Origin: a virus
Reading direction: 5' to 3' (one strand)
DNA length: 64,000 bases
Virus record (IMG/VR): IMGVR_UViG_3300045974_000167
Location: 1 to 64,000 of that record
The notes beneath the pieces were generated by a model. That model was not told the origin of the DNA, did not search any database, and saw only the letters and a list, made by a program, of their open reading frames with translations. A program made the translations under genes and the position numbers. Shown in pieces: positions 1 through 11,600 of this stretch (positions are counted from its first letter, which is position 1; each line of letters starts with the position of its first letter).

Positions 1-37
1 CGCCGCATCTCTAGCCGCCTCTCATTCCCTCAACTTA

Positions 38-3000
38 GTGTTCGACAGTCTCAAGAAGGTTACCGGTGCCCTTAACGAGCAGTTTGTATTCACTAAGGGC
101 GCGGCTGATGCGGCGAATACAAAGGCTATAGCCGAGGCCGAAACTGCGGCTGCGGCTGAAGCCCAGGCTATCGCCCGTAAAGAGCGGTCCCTCGAAGCCG
201 TTGCATTAAAGAAGAAGGAGATCGAGGCCGAAGTAGAGTTACGTAATGCTGCTCGGGTTTCAGCAGCAAACGCCAACAAGGCAGTCGCCGCCCAAACGGC
301 CACGCCCACCATCGTAGCCTCCCCTATACAGGGCACGCAGGCACCCAACGCTACCGTTGCTGCGGCAGTCCAGGCCAAGGCCGCGCTGACTCTCGCGGAA
401 AAAGAATACGCCGCAGCCGTTGCCGTAGTGACCGAGCAACAGGCATTCGCTGCCGCGATGACTCAGGAACGCATCGCCGCCGAAAAGGCGATGAACGGTG
501 AGCATAAGAATTGGAAGACCAACGAGCTTATCGAAGCTGAGAGAATGGAAGGGATTGCTACCCGCAATCTGACCCGCGACCTACAGGAGCAGGCGCTTGC
601 AAGGGAAGCCCTAGATATTGCCAAGGCTAAGGCCGCTTCGACAACTTCTATGTTGTCGGTAGCTGCTACACCTCCCCCGGCGGTGATTGCGTCCGTAGAA
701 ACTCGCGCCGCGCTCGTACTTGCAGAAAAAGAGTACGCGGAGGCTACCAACCTTAGTAAGATTGCCGTTAATGAACTCAGCGCCGCAGAGGTTGCTAGGG
801 CGTCGGCTCTTGCTGGAACGTTACCCGCCCAGCAGGTAGGGTTAGCCGCCAACGCAACCGCCACTGAGGTTCTTGCCGCTGCGGAAGAAGACCTAGTTCT
901 AGCTAAGGAACAGTCAGTCCTAGCCACTATTGACGAGGCATTAGCGGAGGATAGGCTCCGCGCCTCTCGGCTCTTGGCCGCGACAACTGTGCCTGTTACT
1001 GAGGCGGCTACCGCCGCTAAGGTTGCGGCGGCTGCGGCTGAAGGGGAATACAGCGCAGCCGTACTTCGCACAAATGTAGTCCTGTCGGAACAGGCAGTCG
1101 CTCAGACTGAGGTAGCGGTTGCAACCGGTGCCGCGAAGGCTGCCGCCGATGCTAAGGCGTTAGCTGATGCCAGGGCTGCTGCGGCTGCCGCCGCTGCCGC
1201 TGTAGCTACTACCGCGCAGGGTAAAGCCGCCCTCTTTGCCGCCAACGCCATGAAGGGTCTGTGGGCGTTGATCGGCGGTTGGACCGGCGTAACTATCGCT
1301 GCCGCTGCTGGCCTTTGGTACCTCGCTACTAGGACTACCGAACTAGAGGAAGCTACCAAGAACTTAATCAAGGCCCGTAAGGAACTGAACGACCTTACCG
1401 GTGACCCCCTCGTCCTGGGAGTCAAGACCTTCGATGACGAGGTTAAGAAGCAGCGAGATGTTCTCAAGGGTCTTGAATTCGAGATTGCTGCTAAGAAGGC
1501 TGGTCCCCAGAAAATCGTCACTTCTGAACTCGGTTCGGAAGAGGGCGGAGCTACAGTAACCGCGAACGTAACCGAAAACGAGATTGTCGTCCTTGAGCAG
1601 AAGCGGGATGCTCTTAAGAAGATTGTAGAATTACAGGAGAAAGAAGCACTAGTTCGGCGGGGAATCTCCGAGTCTTACGCCAAAGAAAGTAAGAAGCTGA
1701 CGGATTTAGGGGATGAGTTTTCCCGAAGCCTGAAAGTTTTAACGGACGCTCAGTCCGCGATGGAGCACATCTCCGGGTCTAAGGACAAGCCGTCCGTTAT
1801 GACCCCCAAGGACACCCTACAGAACACGTACGCGGCGTGGGATATAGCTACCCGGCTATACACGGAGCAGCTAAAGAAGGCGAACGGGAATCAGGCAGAG
1901 CTTAAGGCGGCGGTGCAGGAATACACCCGCAATATGGCCTCTGCCACTTCCTCTTATTGGAAGGGCATCGAATCCTACGCAAACATCAGGGATGCCGATA
2001 GACTAACCCTTGGAAAAGTCGCTATCGAATGGAACAAGAAGGAGCTTGATCAGAACCGTAAGGTGTTCGACTCCCTTGAGTTAATTAACAAGAAGACTCG
2101 GGAGTTAGGTAACAGCAAGCTCACGATGTCTGCGGCGGATGTAAAGTATTCCAAGACAATCGAGGACATCGAGACTGAGCGGGTACGGAGGATTGAGGAA
2201 ATCAATCTTCAGCAGCTTAAGAAGGTTCCCTCGGCCACCGACCCCTCCCGCTTTACTGAGGAACTCCGGTATGTCATTGCGGATCCGAAGAAGCGAGCCC
2301 AGGAAACTGACGATCTAACCGCCGCGCTAAACAGGTATGCAGCCGCAGCCGCTCATGCCCGGGACGAGGAGAAGAAGAAGGCGTCCGATGACGCCAAGGA
2401 GAAGCTGGCAGAACTCCGCGCCAAGTATTCACCGGAGGGGTTAGCTACCAAAACCACCGGGGTTACCCAGGTTGAGATTCTCAAGGTTCATGCTGAGATT
2501 GATAAACTTACCAAGATTATCAACGAAAACCTGATCTCTGCCGGGATCAAGGGCACGACCGTCCCGTGGACGATCAAGCTCCTACCCAATACTGAACTCC
2601 CCAAGATCCCTACCCCGATCATCCCCCCGCCGGAAGGCACGTTTGTTCAGCCCGCAGGTGGCGAAATCACGCAGGAAATGCTTGATACCAAGCATGGTCA
2701 GATCCTTGCGGGGCTAAAGACCGAGTTCGATACCAAGGCCGCTGCGAACCTTACTGACAAGGAGCGCAATCGGTTGCAGGACGAGTACCTTGACAAACTT
2801 AGTCAAGAGAACGAGGCGTATCAGCAGGCCACGGCTTCTAGGGAGGCTGTTGACAAGATCAAGCGTTCTACTATCTCGCCTGCCGCCAATGGGACCACGT
2901 ATTCTCTGAATGATCTATCCCGATTCGGGAAGAATGATCCGAATCCGCCCTGGCTAGGGCAGGGAATCACCTCTGAGGCTGAAACCACCCAATCTGCCCG

Positions 3001-6000
3001 GGAGGCCAGGACTGAATTTGATATCAATGTCGCCAAGAAGGCCGAGGAACTAGACGCCGCATCGCGTAAAACCATCGAGGATTTCCTACGCCAGTTCGGA
3101 AAGGCAGAAACCTCCCAGGCCACTACTAAGACCACCCGGCTTCAGGTAGACGCGAAGATTGCTGAGTTCGAGAAGTTACTCTCCGAACGTGCCGCGAAGA
3201 TCAAGGCGGGCGACTTAGGCGCGGGCGCGGTAGATACCACCACGGCTGAATACGAGCAGTGGTTTGCGATAATGATTCAGGGCTTCAAGGACACCGATGC
3301 TGCGGCCGAAAAGCACGCTAGCGCGATGTCCCAGTTTATGATCCAGGCGCAGAGGAACATGGAAACGTTCCTCGCCTCCGAAATCTATAACGTTGTTAGC
3401 AATGAAGCTAGAGATGCGTTGAAGGAGAGGAAAGAAGCGGAGTTTGTCGCCAAGTTGAAGAAGTCCGGGGTTAAAGAGGGGACTGAGCAGTACAACCGCG
3501 CCCTCCTAGAGTGGCAGAAGAACACCAGCTCTGTTTCCCTCGCGTTTGAGAGCATGGCTGAAGCCTTCTCTAAGGCCCTTCAGAAAATGATTGCAGAGTT
3601 GGCCTCCTCTCAGATCCTTGAGGCTTTGACCAAACTCGCCAAGTTAGTAACCACCTCCATAATGAGTGGTTCTGACTCCACACCGGATACCACCGCACCA
3701 GTACCCTCCTCTATCGTCAATTCCGGTAGGGCGGCTACCGGCGGGTTAATCCGTGGGCCGGGGACTTCTACTTCCGATAGTATCCCGATGCTCCTGTCGA
3801 ATGGGGAGTTCGTAATCCAGGCTTCTGCTGTGCAGAAGTACGGCAAGGAATTTTTCGACAAGGTAAACTCTCAGGATCTATCCACGCAGGAGGATCCCGC
3901 CAAGGGCTTCTCCCGCGCCCCACGGGTTCAGCGGCGGGCAGAGGGCGGATTCATCGCGGCCCCCGGTGCAACGATTGCCGCCCCGGTAGTGGTAGAGCAG
4001 CGCCCGTCGTACACGCCGCCCTCCAAGGTAATCGCCAGCGCGGTCACCTCCTCGCTAGAGGCCATCGAACGGTACAACACCCTGTCGTTCGATAAGGTCG
4101 ATAGCTCCACCCATGATGAGTCTCTAAAGACCTTCAGGGAGAAGTACCTGACCTCGGTGAAGAAGGATTCCTCGACCGTATCGTCGGAGGATTCTTCCAA
4201 GACCGCCAAGAGCACCTACGCCCAGGATATTCTCAAGAACTACACCGAGAATGTTCTGAAGAAGTCCAAGGAGGAAGTCTCCTGGGTAGGCAGTAATACC
4301 AATACAGACAGGCGCACGGCTTCCTCCTCTACTACCTCCGATGAGAAGTCTCGTAAGGACGCCCGGGACGTTAAGGTAAGTTCTCTAGAGGAGAGTGCCC
4401 GCCGTTCGACCCGCGTTGATCTCAACGAGAACACCGCTCGCACCGAGAACACGAACTTAACGGAGGTTACCAACAAGGAAGCGCGGGAACTCCGCGAAGA
4501 GATTACCCGCAAGGACGCCCGCGAGGAGGCCCTACGTAACGTCCGCGAGAGTGCCCTACGGACCTCCCGTGACGACTCTGCTAAGACCTCGCGGGAAACC
4601 TCGTCTAAGACCTCGCACGACGATTCTCTTAAGACCTCCCGGGACGATTCGTCCAAGAAACTGCACGAGGAGATCCTGCGGGATTCCGTAGAATCGGCTG
4701 TAAAGACCTCTAAGGAAAGCGCGGAGCGGCTGTCCAAGGATGCTTCTTCTTCGGTGTCCAGCACGGAAACTCGGCGGCGCGACTCCGCTGAACAGGAGAA
4801 GAATTACCTAGAGTCCGTTCGTAGGACCGCCCAGGATACGTCCACCAAGGCTGTCAGCGAAATCTCTACCAAGAAGATCAGCGAGGATACCCTTCGTACC
4901 TCCCAGGAGAAGGCCCTGCGTGCCGCCAAGGATACGGCGGAAAAGGCTTCCTCCGAGACTATCCTGCGGCGCGTCAACGAGGAGAACCTAGTCTCGTACA
5001 CGGAACACGTTCTCCGTAAGTCCTGGGATACGTACTCCAAGCTGTCCAAGTCGGGGGCCGAAAACACCACCCTCGATAGCCTCTCTTCTACGTCTGCGGA
5101 GCAGGTGTTAAAGCAGTTCAGCAATGACCACTCCGAAAACTACGTAGAGAACGTCCTCCGGTCCTACCGTGAGGACTCTGTAAAGAACTACGGGGTTGAC
5201 TCCCTCAAGAACTACAAGGAATCCACCCTGCGGGATTACACTTTCCACGTAGTCCAGAAGTCCTGGGAGGATTACTACCGCCTTGCCAAGAATGATTCGG
5301 TGAAGAACTCCAAGGATACCTCCGTTAACTCCTTCACCGAATATGTTCTCAGCAAGGCCAGCCGGGAAGTTCTACCCGGTGCCGCCGCAGAGAATATCTC
5401 TGTCCGCGTGCCGAACGAGGGCTACGTTATCAAGCCCGAAATCGTGCGTAAGTACGGAGAGGTCTTCCTCAATAAAATCAACTCATGGTCTGCCCCGGTT
5501 CTGCAATCGATTGCAGGAACTCCGGTCAGCACCTTCCTCCGCAGGGCCGAAGGGGGGATGATTCGCGGCCCAGGAACTTCCACCTCTGATAGCATCCCCA
5601 CGCGCCTCCCTGCTGGATCTTACGTCATTAAAGCATCTACTGTTCAGAAGTACGGCGGGGAATTCCTTGAGAGGTTTAACTCCCTAGCCGCCCCTGTCGG
5701 CGTTCAGCGCCGCGCAGACGGCGGGGCGATCTTCGGGCCGGGGACGGGAACCTCTGACAGCATCCCTGCTCTGGTGTCCAACGGGGAATTCATCGTACAG
5801 GCTGCGGCGGTGCAGAAGTACGGTGTCTCGTTCTTCGACAAGTTAAATTCTCAGCAACTAGCACCCACCATTCCTGCGGTACGCAGGTTCTCCGAAGGTG
5901 GTCTCGTTAGTGGTGGCACCCGGGCTCTTTCCGGGTCTGAGGGCGGCGGCGGGGAAACCACCGTCAATGTCATCAATAACACAGGCCAGGAAACGTCCAC

Positions 6001-6145
6001 GGAGAAGATTAAGCAGCCTGACGGATCTGAAATCATCAACATCGTAATCGGTAAGGTCGCCCAGGACATCCGCAACAACGGCATGGTAGGTCAGTCCATT
6101 CAGTCCACCTTCGGGGCCTCTAGGAAGGGCGTTAATCGTGGCTAG
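38..6145 (+). CDS. Tail tape measure protein (probably begins upstream of window)
   Basis: >2000 aa, Ala-rich helical; hydrophobic segment GLWALIGGWTGVTIAAAAGLWYL; C-terminal GGxIxGPGTxTSDSIP motifs typical of TMP C-termini; followed by tail-tip genes. Confidence 0.9.
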   Translation: MFDSLKKVTGALNEQFVFTKGAADAANTKAIAEAETAAAAEAQAIARKERSLEAVALKKKEIEAEVELRNAARVSAANANKAVAAQTATPTIVASPIQGTQAPNATVAAAVQAKAALTLAEKEYAAAVAVVTEQQAFAAAMTQERIAAEKAMNGEHKNWKTNELIEAERMEGIATRNLTRDLQEQALAREALDIAKAKAASTTSMLSVAATPPPAVIASVETRAALVLAEKEYAEATNLSKIAVNELSAAEVARASALAGTLPAQQVGLAANATATEVLAAAEEDLVLAKEQSVLATIDEALAEDRLRASRLLAATTVPVTEAATAAKVAAAAAEGEYSAAVLRTNVVLSEQAVAQTEVAVATGAAKAAADAKALADARAAAAAAAAAVATTAQGKAALFAANAMKGLWALIGGWTGVTIAAAAGLWYLATRTTELEEATKNLIKARKELNDLTGDPLVLGVKTFDDEVKKQRDVLKGLEFEIAAKKAGPQKIVTSELGSEEGGATVTANVTENEIVVLEQKRDALKKIVELQEKEALVRRGISESYAKESKKLTDLGDEFSRSLKVLTDAQSAMEHISGSKDKPSVMTPKDTLQNTYAAWDIATRLYTEQLKKANGNQAELKAAVQEYTRNMASATSSYWKGIESYANIRDADRLTLGKVAIEWNKKELDQNRKVFDSLELINKKTRELGNSKLTMSAADVKYSKTIEDIETERVRRIEEINLQQLKKVPSATDPSRFTEELRYVIADPKKRAQETDDLTAALNRYAAAAAHARDEEKKKASDDAKEKLAELRAKYSPEGLATKTTGVTQVEILKVHAEIDKLTKIINENLISAGIKGTTVPWTIKLLPNTELPKIPTPIIPPPEGTFVQPAGGEITQEMLDTKHGQILAGLKTEFDTKAAANLTDKERNRLQDEYLDKLSQENEAYQQATASREAVDKIKRSTISPAANGTTYSLNDLSRFGKNDPNPPWLGQGITSEAETTQSAREARTEFDINVAKKAEELDAASRKTIEDFLRQFGKAETSQATTKTTRLQVDAKIAEFEKLLSERAAKIKAGDLGAGAVDTTTAEYEQWFAIMIQGFKDTDAAAEKHASAMSQFMIQAQRNMETFLASEIYNVVSNEARDALKERKEAEFVAKLKKSGVKEGTEQYNRALLEWQKNTSSVSLAFESMAEAFSKALQKMIAELASSQILEALTKLAKLVTTSIMSGSDSTPDTTAPVPSSIVNSGRAATGGLIRGPGTSTSDSIPMLLSNGEFVIQASAVQKYGKEFFDKVNSQDLSTQEDPAKGFSRAPRVQRRAEGGFIAAPGATIAAPVVVEQRPSYTPPSKVIASAVTSSLEAIERYNTLSFDKVDSSTHDESLKTFREKYLTSVKKDSSTVSSEDSSKTAKSTYAQDILKNYTENVLKKSKEEVSWVGSNTNTDRRTASSSTTSDEKSRKDARDVKVSSLEESARRSTRVDLNENTARTENTNLTEVTNKEARELREEITRKDAREEALRNVRESALRTSRDDSAKTSRETSSKTSHDDSLKTSRDDSSKKLHEEILRDSVESAVKTSKESAERLSKDASSSVSSTETRRRDSAEQEKNYLESVRRTAQDTSTKAVSEISTKKISEDTLRTSQEKALRAAKDTAEKASSETILRRVNEENLVSYTEHVLRKSWDTYSKLSKSGAENTTLDSLSSTSAEQVLKQFSNDHSENYVENVLRSYREDSVKNYGVDSLKNYKESTLRDYTFHVVQKSWEDYYRLAKNDSVKNSKDTSVNSFTEYVLSKASREVLPGAAAENISVRVPNEGYVIKPEIVRKYGEVFLNKINSWSAPVLQSIAGTPVSTFLRRAEGGMIRGPGTSTSDSIPTRLPAGSYVIKASTVQKYGGEFLERFNSLAAPVGVQRRADGGAIFGPGTGTSDSIPALVSNGEFIVQAAAVQKYGVSFFDKLNSQQLAPTIPAVRRFSEGGLVSGGTRALSGSEGGGGETTVNVINNTGQETSTEKIKQPDGSEIINIVIGKVAQDIRNNGMVGQSIQSTFGASRKGVNRG

Positions 6146-6515
6146 TTGGCCCTCCGGGTTACCTTCCCCCTTTGCGGAGGGGGAGCCCAGCTACACCCTG
6201 CATGATAACGCTATCCGGCCCGACTCTAAGACCGGGTTCGGCAAGTCTAGGAGAAGGTTCTTCGGCAAGTACGAAACCGTAACGTTCCCCCTGGTTCTAA
6301 CTAAAACCCAGAGAGATATTTTTCAAAACTTCTATTGGACTACGCTTCAAGAAGTGCTACCATTTGATTGGGTGGATTTACGAGAGTACAACGTACCGGC
6401 AGGTTACCGGTTCTCTAAACCCCCCAAGGAAACGTATGTAGCTGGGGATGCCACAGCTTCCGCTAACTCCGAAGCCTACTGGCAGGTAGATGTTGAACTA
6501 GAGCGTATCTCGTAG
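6138..6515 (+). CDS. Distal tail protein (Dit / lambda gpM-like)
   Basis: 125 aa directly after TMP; N-terminal WP, 'G..K.RRR', 'F.W.D' pattern. Confidence 0.75.
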   Translation: MASWPSGLPSPFAEGEPSYTLHDNAIRPDSKTGFGKSRRRFFGKYETVTFPLVLTKTQRDIFQNFYWTTLQEVLPFDWVDLREYNVPAGYRFSKPPKETYVAGDATASANSEAYWQVDVELERIS

Positions 6516-6600
6516 TGGCAATGGAGTGGTTTCTATAGTAGGATCAACCAGTTAATAACAACCAAGAGTCACTCTTGGTGTCCACCCTGGAGGTACTAAA

Positions 6601-7356
6601 ATGAAGCATCTTCGTAAGTTCCTAGTTTTCTCGCTGTTTGCTGCGGCGGCGCTGTCCGCGTCTGCCCAGACCGTCGTTAAGAAGCCTGTTGATAACACCT
6701 CCAAGCCCGGTGCGGTTGTAGAGGATAAGGTCATCAAGGCCAAGGACGTTAAGAAGCCTGATACCAAGGCGTCGGACTCGGTTGATTCCAGCGTTAAGAC
6801 TGCCCCCAAGAGCGCCATCGCCACCGAGCACGGCGAGTTCTTCGTGCAGCTTGTCCGTAACGGGGTTGTCATCGCGGAGGAGATCGCCCCCAACTTCCTC
6901 GCGGACGAGGGTGAGGCCGACTTCCTAGCCTGTTTCTATCAGGCTACCTCTTGCCCCACCTCGTTCACTGTGGGCCTGCTCTCCACCACCTCGACCCCCG
7001 TAGAAAGCTCTAGCTGGGCTTCTCTATCGGCTACTGAGCTAGTTACCGGTACGTCCCCCGGGTACGCTTCGTGGACCGCCGCTCGCACCACCGCAGGTTG
7101 GTACGGCACCACCTCTGGTTCCGCGCCTACCTCTGTCGCCAACGGGACTGGTGGTTGCACGGAGACCGCCTGCGCCCAGGTCAGCACCGCCCAGAACACC
7201 ATTACCGCCTCTGGCAACTGGACGATTGGTGGCCGGTATATCTACATCCGCGCCGCCACCACTAACCGCCTCATCGCGGTAGCCCAGCTCTCGGCCGACC
7301 GCACCCTTCAGTCGGGCGACCAGTTGAACGTGACGTACCGGCAGGCGATGCAGTAA
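6601..7356 (+). CDS. Tail-appendage-like protein with N-terminal signal-peptide-like sequence
   Basis: GGAGG RBS; MKHLRKFLVFSLFAAAALSASA|Q; C-terminal domain resembles 24845..25261. Confidence 0.6.
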   Translation: MKHLRKFLVFSLFAAAALSASAQTVVKKPVDNTSKPGAVVEDKVIKAKDVKKPDTKASDSVDSSVKTAPKSAIATEHGEFFVQLVRNGVVIAEEIAPNFLADEGEADFLACFYQATSCPTSFTVGLLSTTSTPVESSSWASLSATELVTGTSPGYASWTAARTTAGWYGTTSGSAPTSVANGTGGCTETACAQVSTAQNTITASGNWTIGGRYIYIRAATTNRLIAVAQLSADRTLQSGDQLNVTYRQAMQ

Positions 7357-7381
7357 TTATCCGGCGCTCCAGGGGGCCGGG

Positions 7382-7570
7382 ATGCGGGACGCGAGGTATT
7401 TTGTCGTCGAGGGCAGACTCTACCTGTTATCGGGGGAGACAGTCCGTGAATGGACCCGCCGCGAGGCGGGTTTCGGGTGGGTCCATTCTAAGATGCCGCA
7501 CCCGGCCTTCACTGAGATAGATGCCAGGGAAATCAGCGCACAGGGGGCGATGCGCTTGCAGCGCACGTAG
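7382..7570 (+). CDS. Hypothetical protein
   Basis: Fills gap in co-oriented gene string. Confidence 0.5.
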   Translation: MRDARYFVVEGRLYLLSGETVREWTRREAGFGWVHSKMPHPAFTEIDAREISAQGAMRLQRT

Positions 7571-7573
7571 ACC

Positions 7574-8644
7574 GTGGCAACGACCTACCGGATCAAGTAT
7601 CTACAGGCTGTCTTTGAGGAGCGGGGGGATCTAGATACAACCCGGCGTGTATGGTCCGGAGAAGGAAACCCCGCCCTTGAGGCGCTTCCCCGTGAGCAAC
7701 GTCTAAATAAAAATGAGCATGGACTACAATCCCATGCGACTATGCCGGGGCGCGCCCGTTTCGACCCGGACTCCGGGTTTATTCAATCCGGGATTCGCTC
7801 AGTAAAGAAAGACTCGCAGGGTGATTCGGAAATCCCGGTCTGCATGACCTTCACCATGTTTGAGGGACAGCACGAACGCTCCGCTGGTCTAGTGTTTAAT
7901 TTGTCGTGGACTGCTATGGGATTAACCAAGCAGCAATTCCTCGACAATTTAACTGGATCCGTTATTAATTTTTCAATAGCAAGACTCCTCTATAACATTA
8001 TGGCTGGGCCGTACGTCCCGATCACAAAGGGCGGGGTAGAGAAGTGGGCGTTCAAGATTTACGGTGTCGCGGAGGATCAATTTCAGTTCGGCCGTCAACT
8101 AGAAACGGCCGCAGGGTATGAATGGACGTACATGAACCGCTGGTACCCGCGCATCCACCACAAGACGTTCAATAATTATCCTAGCAATAGGGGGTTTGCC
8201 GGGTTGAATGCCCGTAGGTACCAAGCCGATTCCTATTTTTATCATCGTGAGCATACTGTAGCGGCGACTTTCTGGGAGTGGCCTTCTACTGGGACTGCCT
8301 CTCCGCACGCTTCGCAAGGCACCGCCCCGGTCCCCCCGCCGCAGAGTAACGAGCAAGGAGCCCCGCAGCCCTGGAGCACCCCGGATATAACCGCTGTGAT
8401 TCGGGAGATTGTCTCGCGGCCAGGGTTTCTAGATGGAAACCGCCTAGGACTTGTCCTTGGTTTCGATGGATGTTGGGATGATTTAACGACGGCGCGGCTG
8501 TCTGCCGCGAACCCAGGGGGTGGCCCAGGCGGTGGCCCTATGACGTTCGCTTTCGCTGGTGACGCAGATTTCTTCAACGCCGGAACTTGTCAGCCGACGC
8601 TCCAGACATACAACCCGGAACTCAGATTAACGGTGGGTCCGTAA
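7574..8644 (+). CDS. Putative beta-sandwich virion/fibre accessory protein
   Basis: C-terminal 'PDITAVIREIVSRPG...LGLV...PELRLTV' resembles carbohydrate-binding-module-like folds; TAATG coupling to next gene. Confidence 0.55.
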   Translation: MATTYRIKYLQAVFEERGDLDTTRRVWSGEGNPALEALPREQRLNKNEHGLQSHATMPGRARFDPDSGFIQSGIRSVKKDSQGDSEIPVCMTFTMFEGQHERSAGLVFNLSWTAMGLTKQQFLDNLTGSVINFSIARLLYNIMAGPYVPITKGGVEKWAFKIYGVAEDQFQFGRQLETAAGYEWTYMNRWYPRIHHKTFNNYPSNRGFAGLNARRYQADSYFYHREHTVAATFWEWPSTGTASPHASQGTAPVPPPQSNEQGAPQPWSTPDITAVIREIVSRPGFLDGNRLGLVLGFDGCWDDLTTARLSAANPGGGPGGGPMTFAFAGDADFFNAGTCQPTLQTYNPELRLTVGP

Positions 8645-11600
8645 TGGCACCTCGCACAGACTCATTCACCGGGACAACTGGCGCTGCTATCAGCGCCACG
8701 AACTGGTCTGCTGTCTACGGTAGCCTGACGATCCTGACTAACCGGGTACGCGCCTCGGTGGGGAGTTCGGCGGCGCGCTGGAACCCGTCCGACCTAACTT
8801 TTTCACCCGACCAGAAGGCGTCGGCCGCCATGTACGGGGTACCCGTAAATTCAACTGGGTGCGGCCCCGCTGTTCGGATGGGCGCGGACCGCCAGTGTTA
8901 CGCGCTCCTCTCTTACCACTACGACGACGGCGACACGATCACCTACCAGGGGCTCCGACTCTACCGCTTCAATACCAGCGGCGCCGCGGTGGCGCAGCTA
9001 TGGGACTCCGGCGATGTGGGTATCGTGTTCAACGGGGCCGTCGTTTCGGAGCTTGAGATCGTAGGTTCGACGCTGGTCGTCAGGCACGACGGTACCCAAC
9101 TATGGACGGGCACCGACACTACGCTGACTACCGGGCAACCCGGCATCTTCTTTTGGTCTAGCGGCACTGGCTGTATCCTCGACACCTTCTCAGCAGATGA
9201 AGTTGGAGTCGGTGCCGCCGTATACACTGAAACTATTGCAGAGAAGGTTTCTGCCCCGGGGGAAGTTACAGACCGGGCAAATAGGGAATATGAATCACCG
9301 ACCGGGGTAGCTACCTCCGTGGATGTCGTTGCCGATGCGATGGTAGGCAACTTAGCCTTCATCGGGTGTAGCCCCGTCTACAGCGTCACCGGCAACGGGA
9401 CCACTTGGAACCTGCCTGCTGGCACTCAGCCTGGTGACTTGATTCTCCTACTGGGCAAGGGAACTCCGTGGCCCTCTACGGGATGGTCTGCGTTTGGGAG
9501 TTCCTCGGATGACTACTGGAAAATCGCTGGCTCTGAAACTTCGGTGACGGTGATTGCATCCGGCCAAACGTACGGGGTGATCCTGACGTTTAGGTTTACT
9601 GGGCCGATACCCCTTATCGCGTCTGACACAGCGGCGGGCGTGGCGAATGGCGTCAGTCCACGCACTGGGTCCAAGATTCTGGTGGTGTATAAGGCCAACG
9701 GCCTCGCTAACTTGCCAGCCCCCACGCTGGCGGCGGGGGCGTACACGACTCTGCTGGGCGGCGGCGGCACATCCACTGGCTCGGTGTATGTCTTCACCGG
9801 AGCCAACACCACCGTTGCTGGCACTACTGCCAATCAGGGGGTGGCTGTTAGTCCCGGCGCTTGGGGCGGGTTCCAGATCGGAATACAGCCGCTTCCTGTC
9901 ACGGTAGAGGAGGGCGTACAAGAAGGAGCCCAGGCCAAGGATACCGTTGCCGATGTTTTCCACGACATAAACATAGACGAGACCGTATCAGGGGTTGCCC
10001 AGGCCAAAGAAGCACCGCCCTCCGATCCAGAACGGGACCATATCCCCGGCCCGCTGTGGGAAGACATTACCGATGTCGCTACTGCTAAAATAGCAGTTAT
10101 CATGGGTAAGCCGAATACCCAGATTGAGGTGCAGTTTGCCGCATTCGGCGGATCCGACGCCTATTCGGGGCTTGTTAAATCTCGCACGCCAGGTAGTGAC
10201 GGGGTAATTTCTCTCGATAGAGATAAGTACCTGGGCCGCAGGCTCCAGTTAGGTAAAGCTGATCCCGCTGGGACTAACCCTGTAGGGGATCGCGTGATAC
10301 TCCGCGCCGTTAACTCTGCCATCCCCAAGGGCGGGAACGGCCAAGTTGGCAGGGCCACCCTCATCCTCACCCCTGCAACTGTCTGGACGTTTGATGACTC
10401 GCAGGCTGTGGCTGGCCCCATCTGCAAAGTCCACGGATCTCAGTTAAATCCCCAGTCTGTATCCCCTGCGACCGCACTAGCGGAGACTCTTACTGGGGAT
10501 TACGGCACGATTGCCATGCAGTCGGCCTGGGCGGTTAACGACCCGTACATCACGAAGGTCGCGCCAGGGCAGACCACGAATGTCGGACCTACTTGGTTGA
10601 TGGGTGGTCGCGGGCAGCAGACGCACACCAAGGCCCGCCCGCAGAATCCTTGGGAAATTGATGTAACTTCGCTGGTTAATGCCCGTATAACGGCGGCGCA
10701 GGACACCAGTATTTGTCTAGACTTCTCCCCGTCTGGGAGGACTGACCTAAAGACCGTCTGCGAGTTTTACGGCTCCCTGTACCCGGAACTTGCACCCCGG
10801 CTAGAAATTGACCCGTTCGGTGCCAGTAACATCGACATTGTAGGGATAGATTCCGGCACCCCCCGTATGACCGTGACCGTCCCTGTTGGCGGCACGTTGG
10901 CTTCAATCGAATGGGGTTACGATACTACCTACAGCGGGGGGTACGTCACCGGGCCTTCCAAGGTCGATGTGTGGCCCACGGATAACCCATACGATTTCTC
11001 CATGTTGGAGACTTCTGCCAGGGTCTATGTCCGCGTAACTCTGGCCTACGGGGAGGGCGACGACCGCAAGGTGGAATTGCTTAGGCAGTTCGCCACTCCC
11101 AAGGTGTTCCGGCCCGCGCTTACGAAGCTCGCTAGCTACCCAGCAGCTATGCGGCCCCGAGCCCCCATAACTTTGCAATCAAGTGCAGCGGGGGAATCCT
11201 GCTTCTGGGTACAGGACTTCTCCACCACCTGGATTGCATTCAAAGGGTTTACTACCGCCCCTATCTGTATTGATGAGAACGCTGGGACATGGAGTAACGC
11301 ATTCGACCCAGAGGCACTCGCCACTACTGCTACGGGTCCAGCCGGGGCGACTATCTCCGATGTTGGAGCCGCGTACTATGATCACACCTCCGGGGCGTAC
11401 TACCTACCAATAGTCACCCTTAGGGGAGGGCTGTTCGATGTTTCTTACGTACTAGCTCCTACGCATTTCTCTACATCGTGGAATATCTGGGACATGCAGT
11501 TTGTGCGCCCCGATATTAACGGTGGCGGGTACGTCCAGTCCATCAACGGAATCAACTCGGCGGGGGCGATCAACGGTAACAGCCTCGCCATGGGCCGCGT

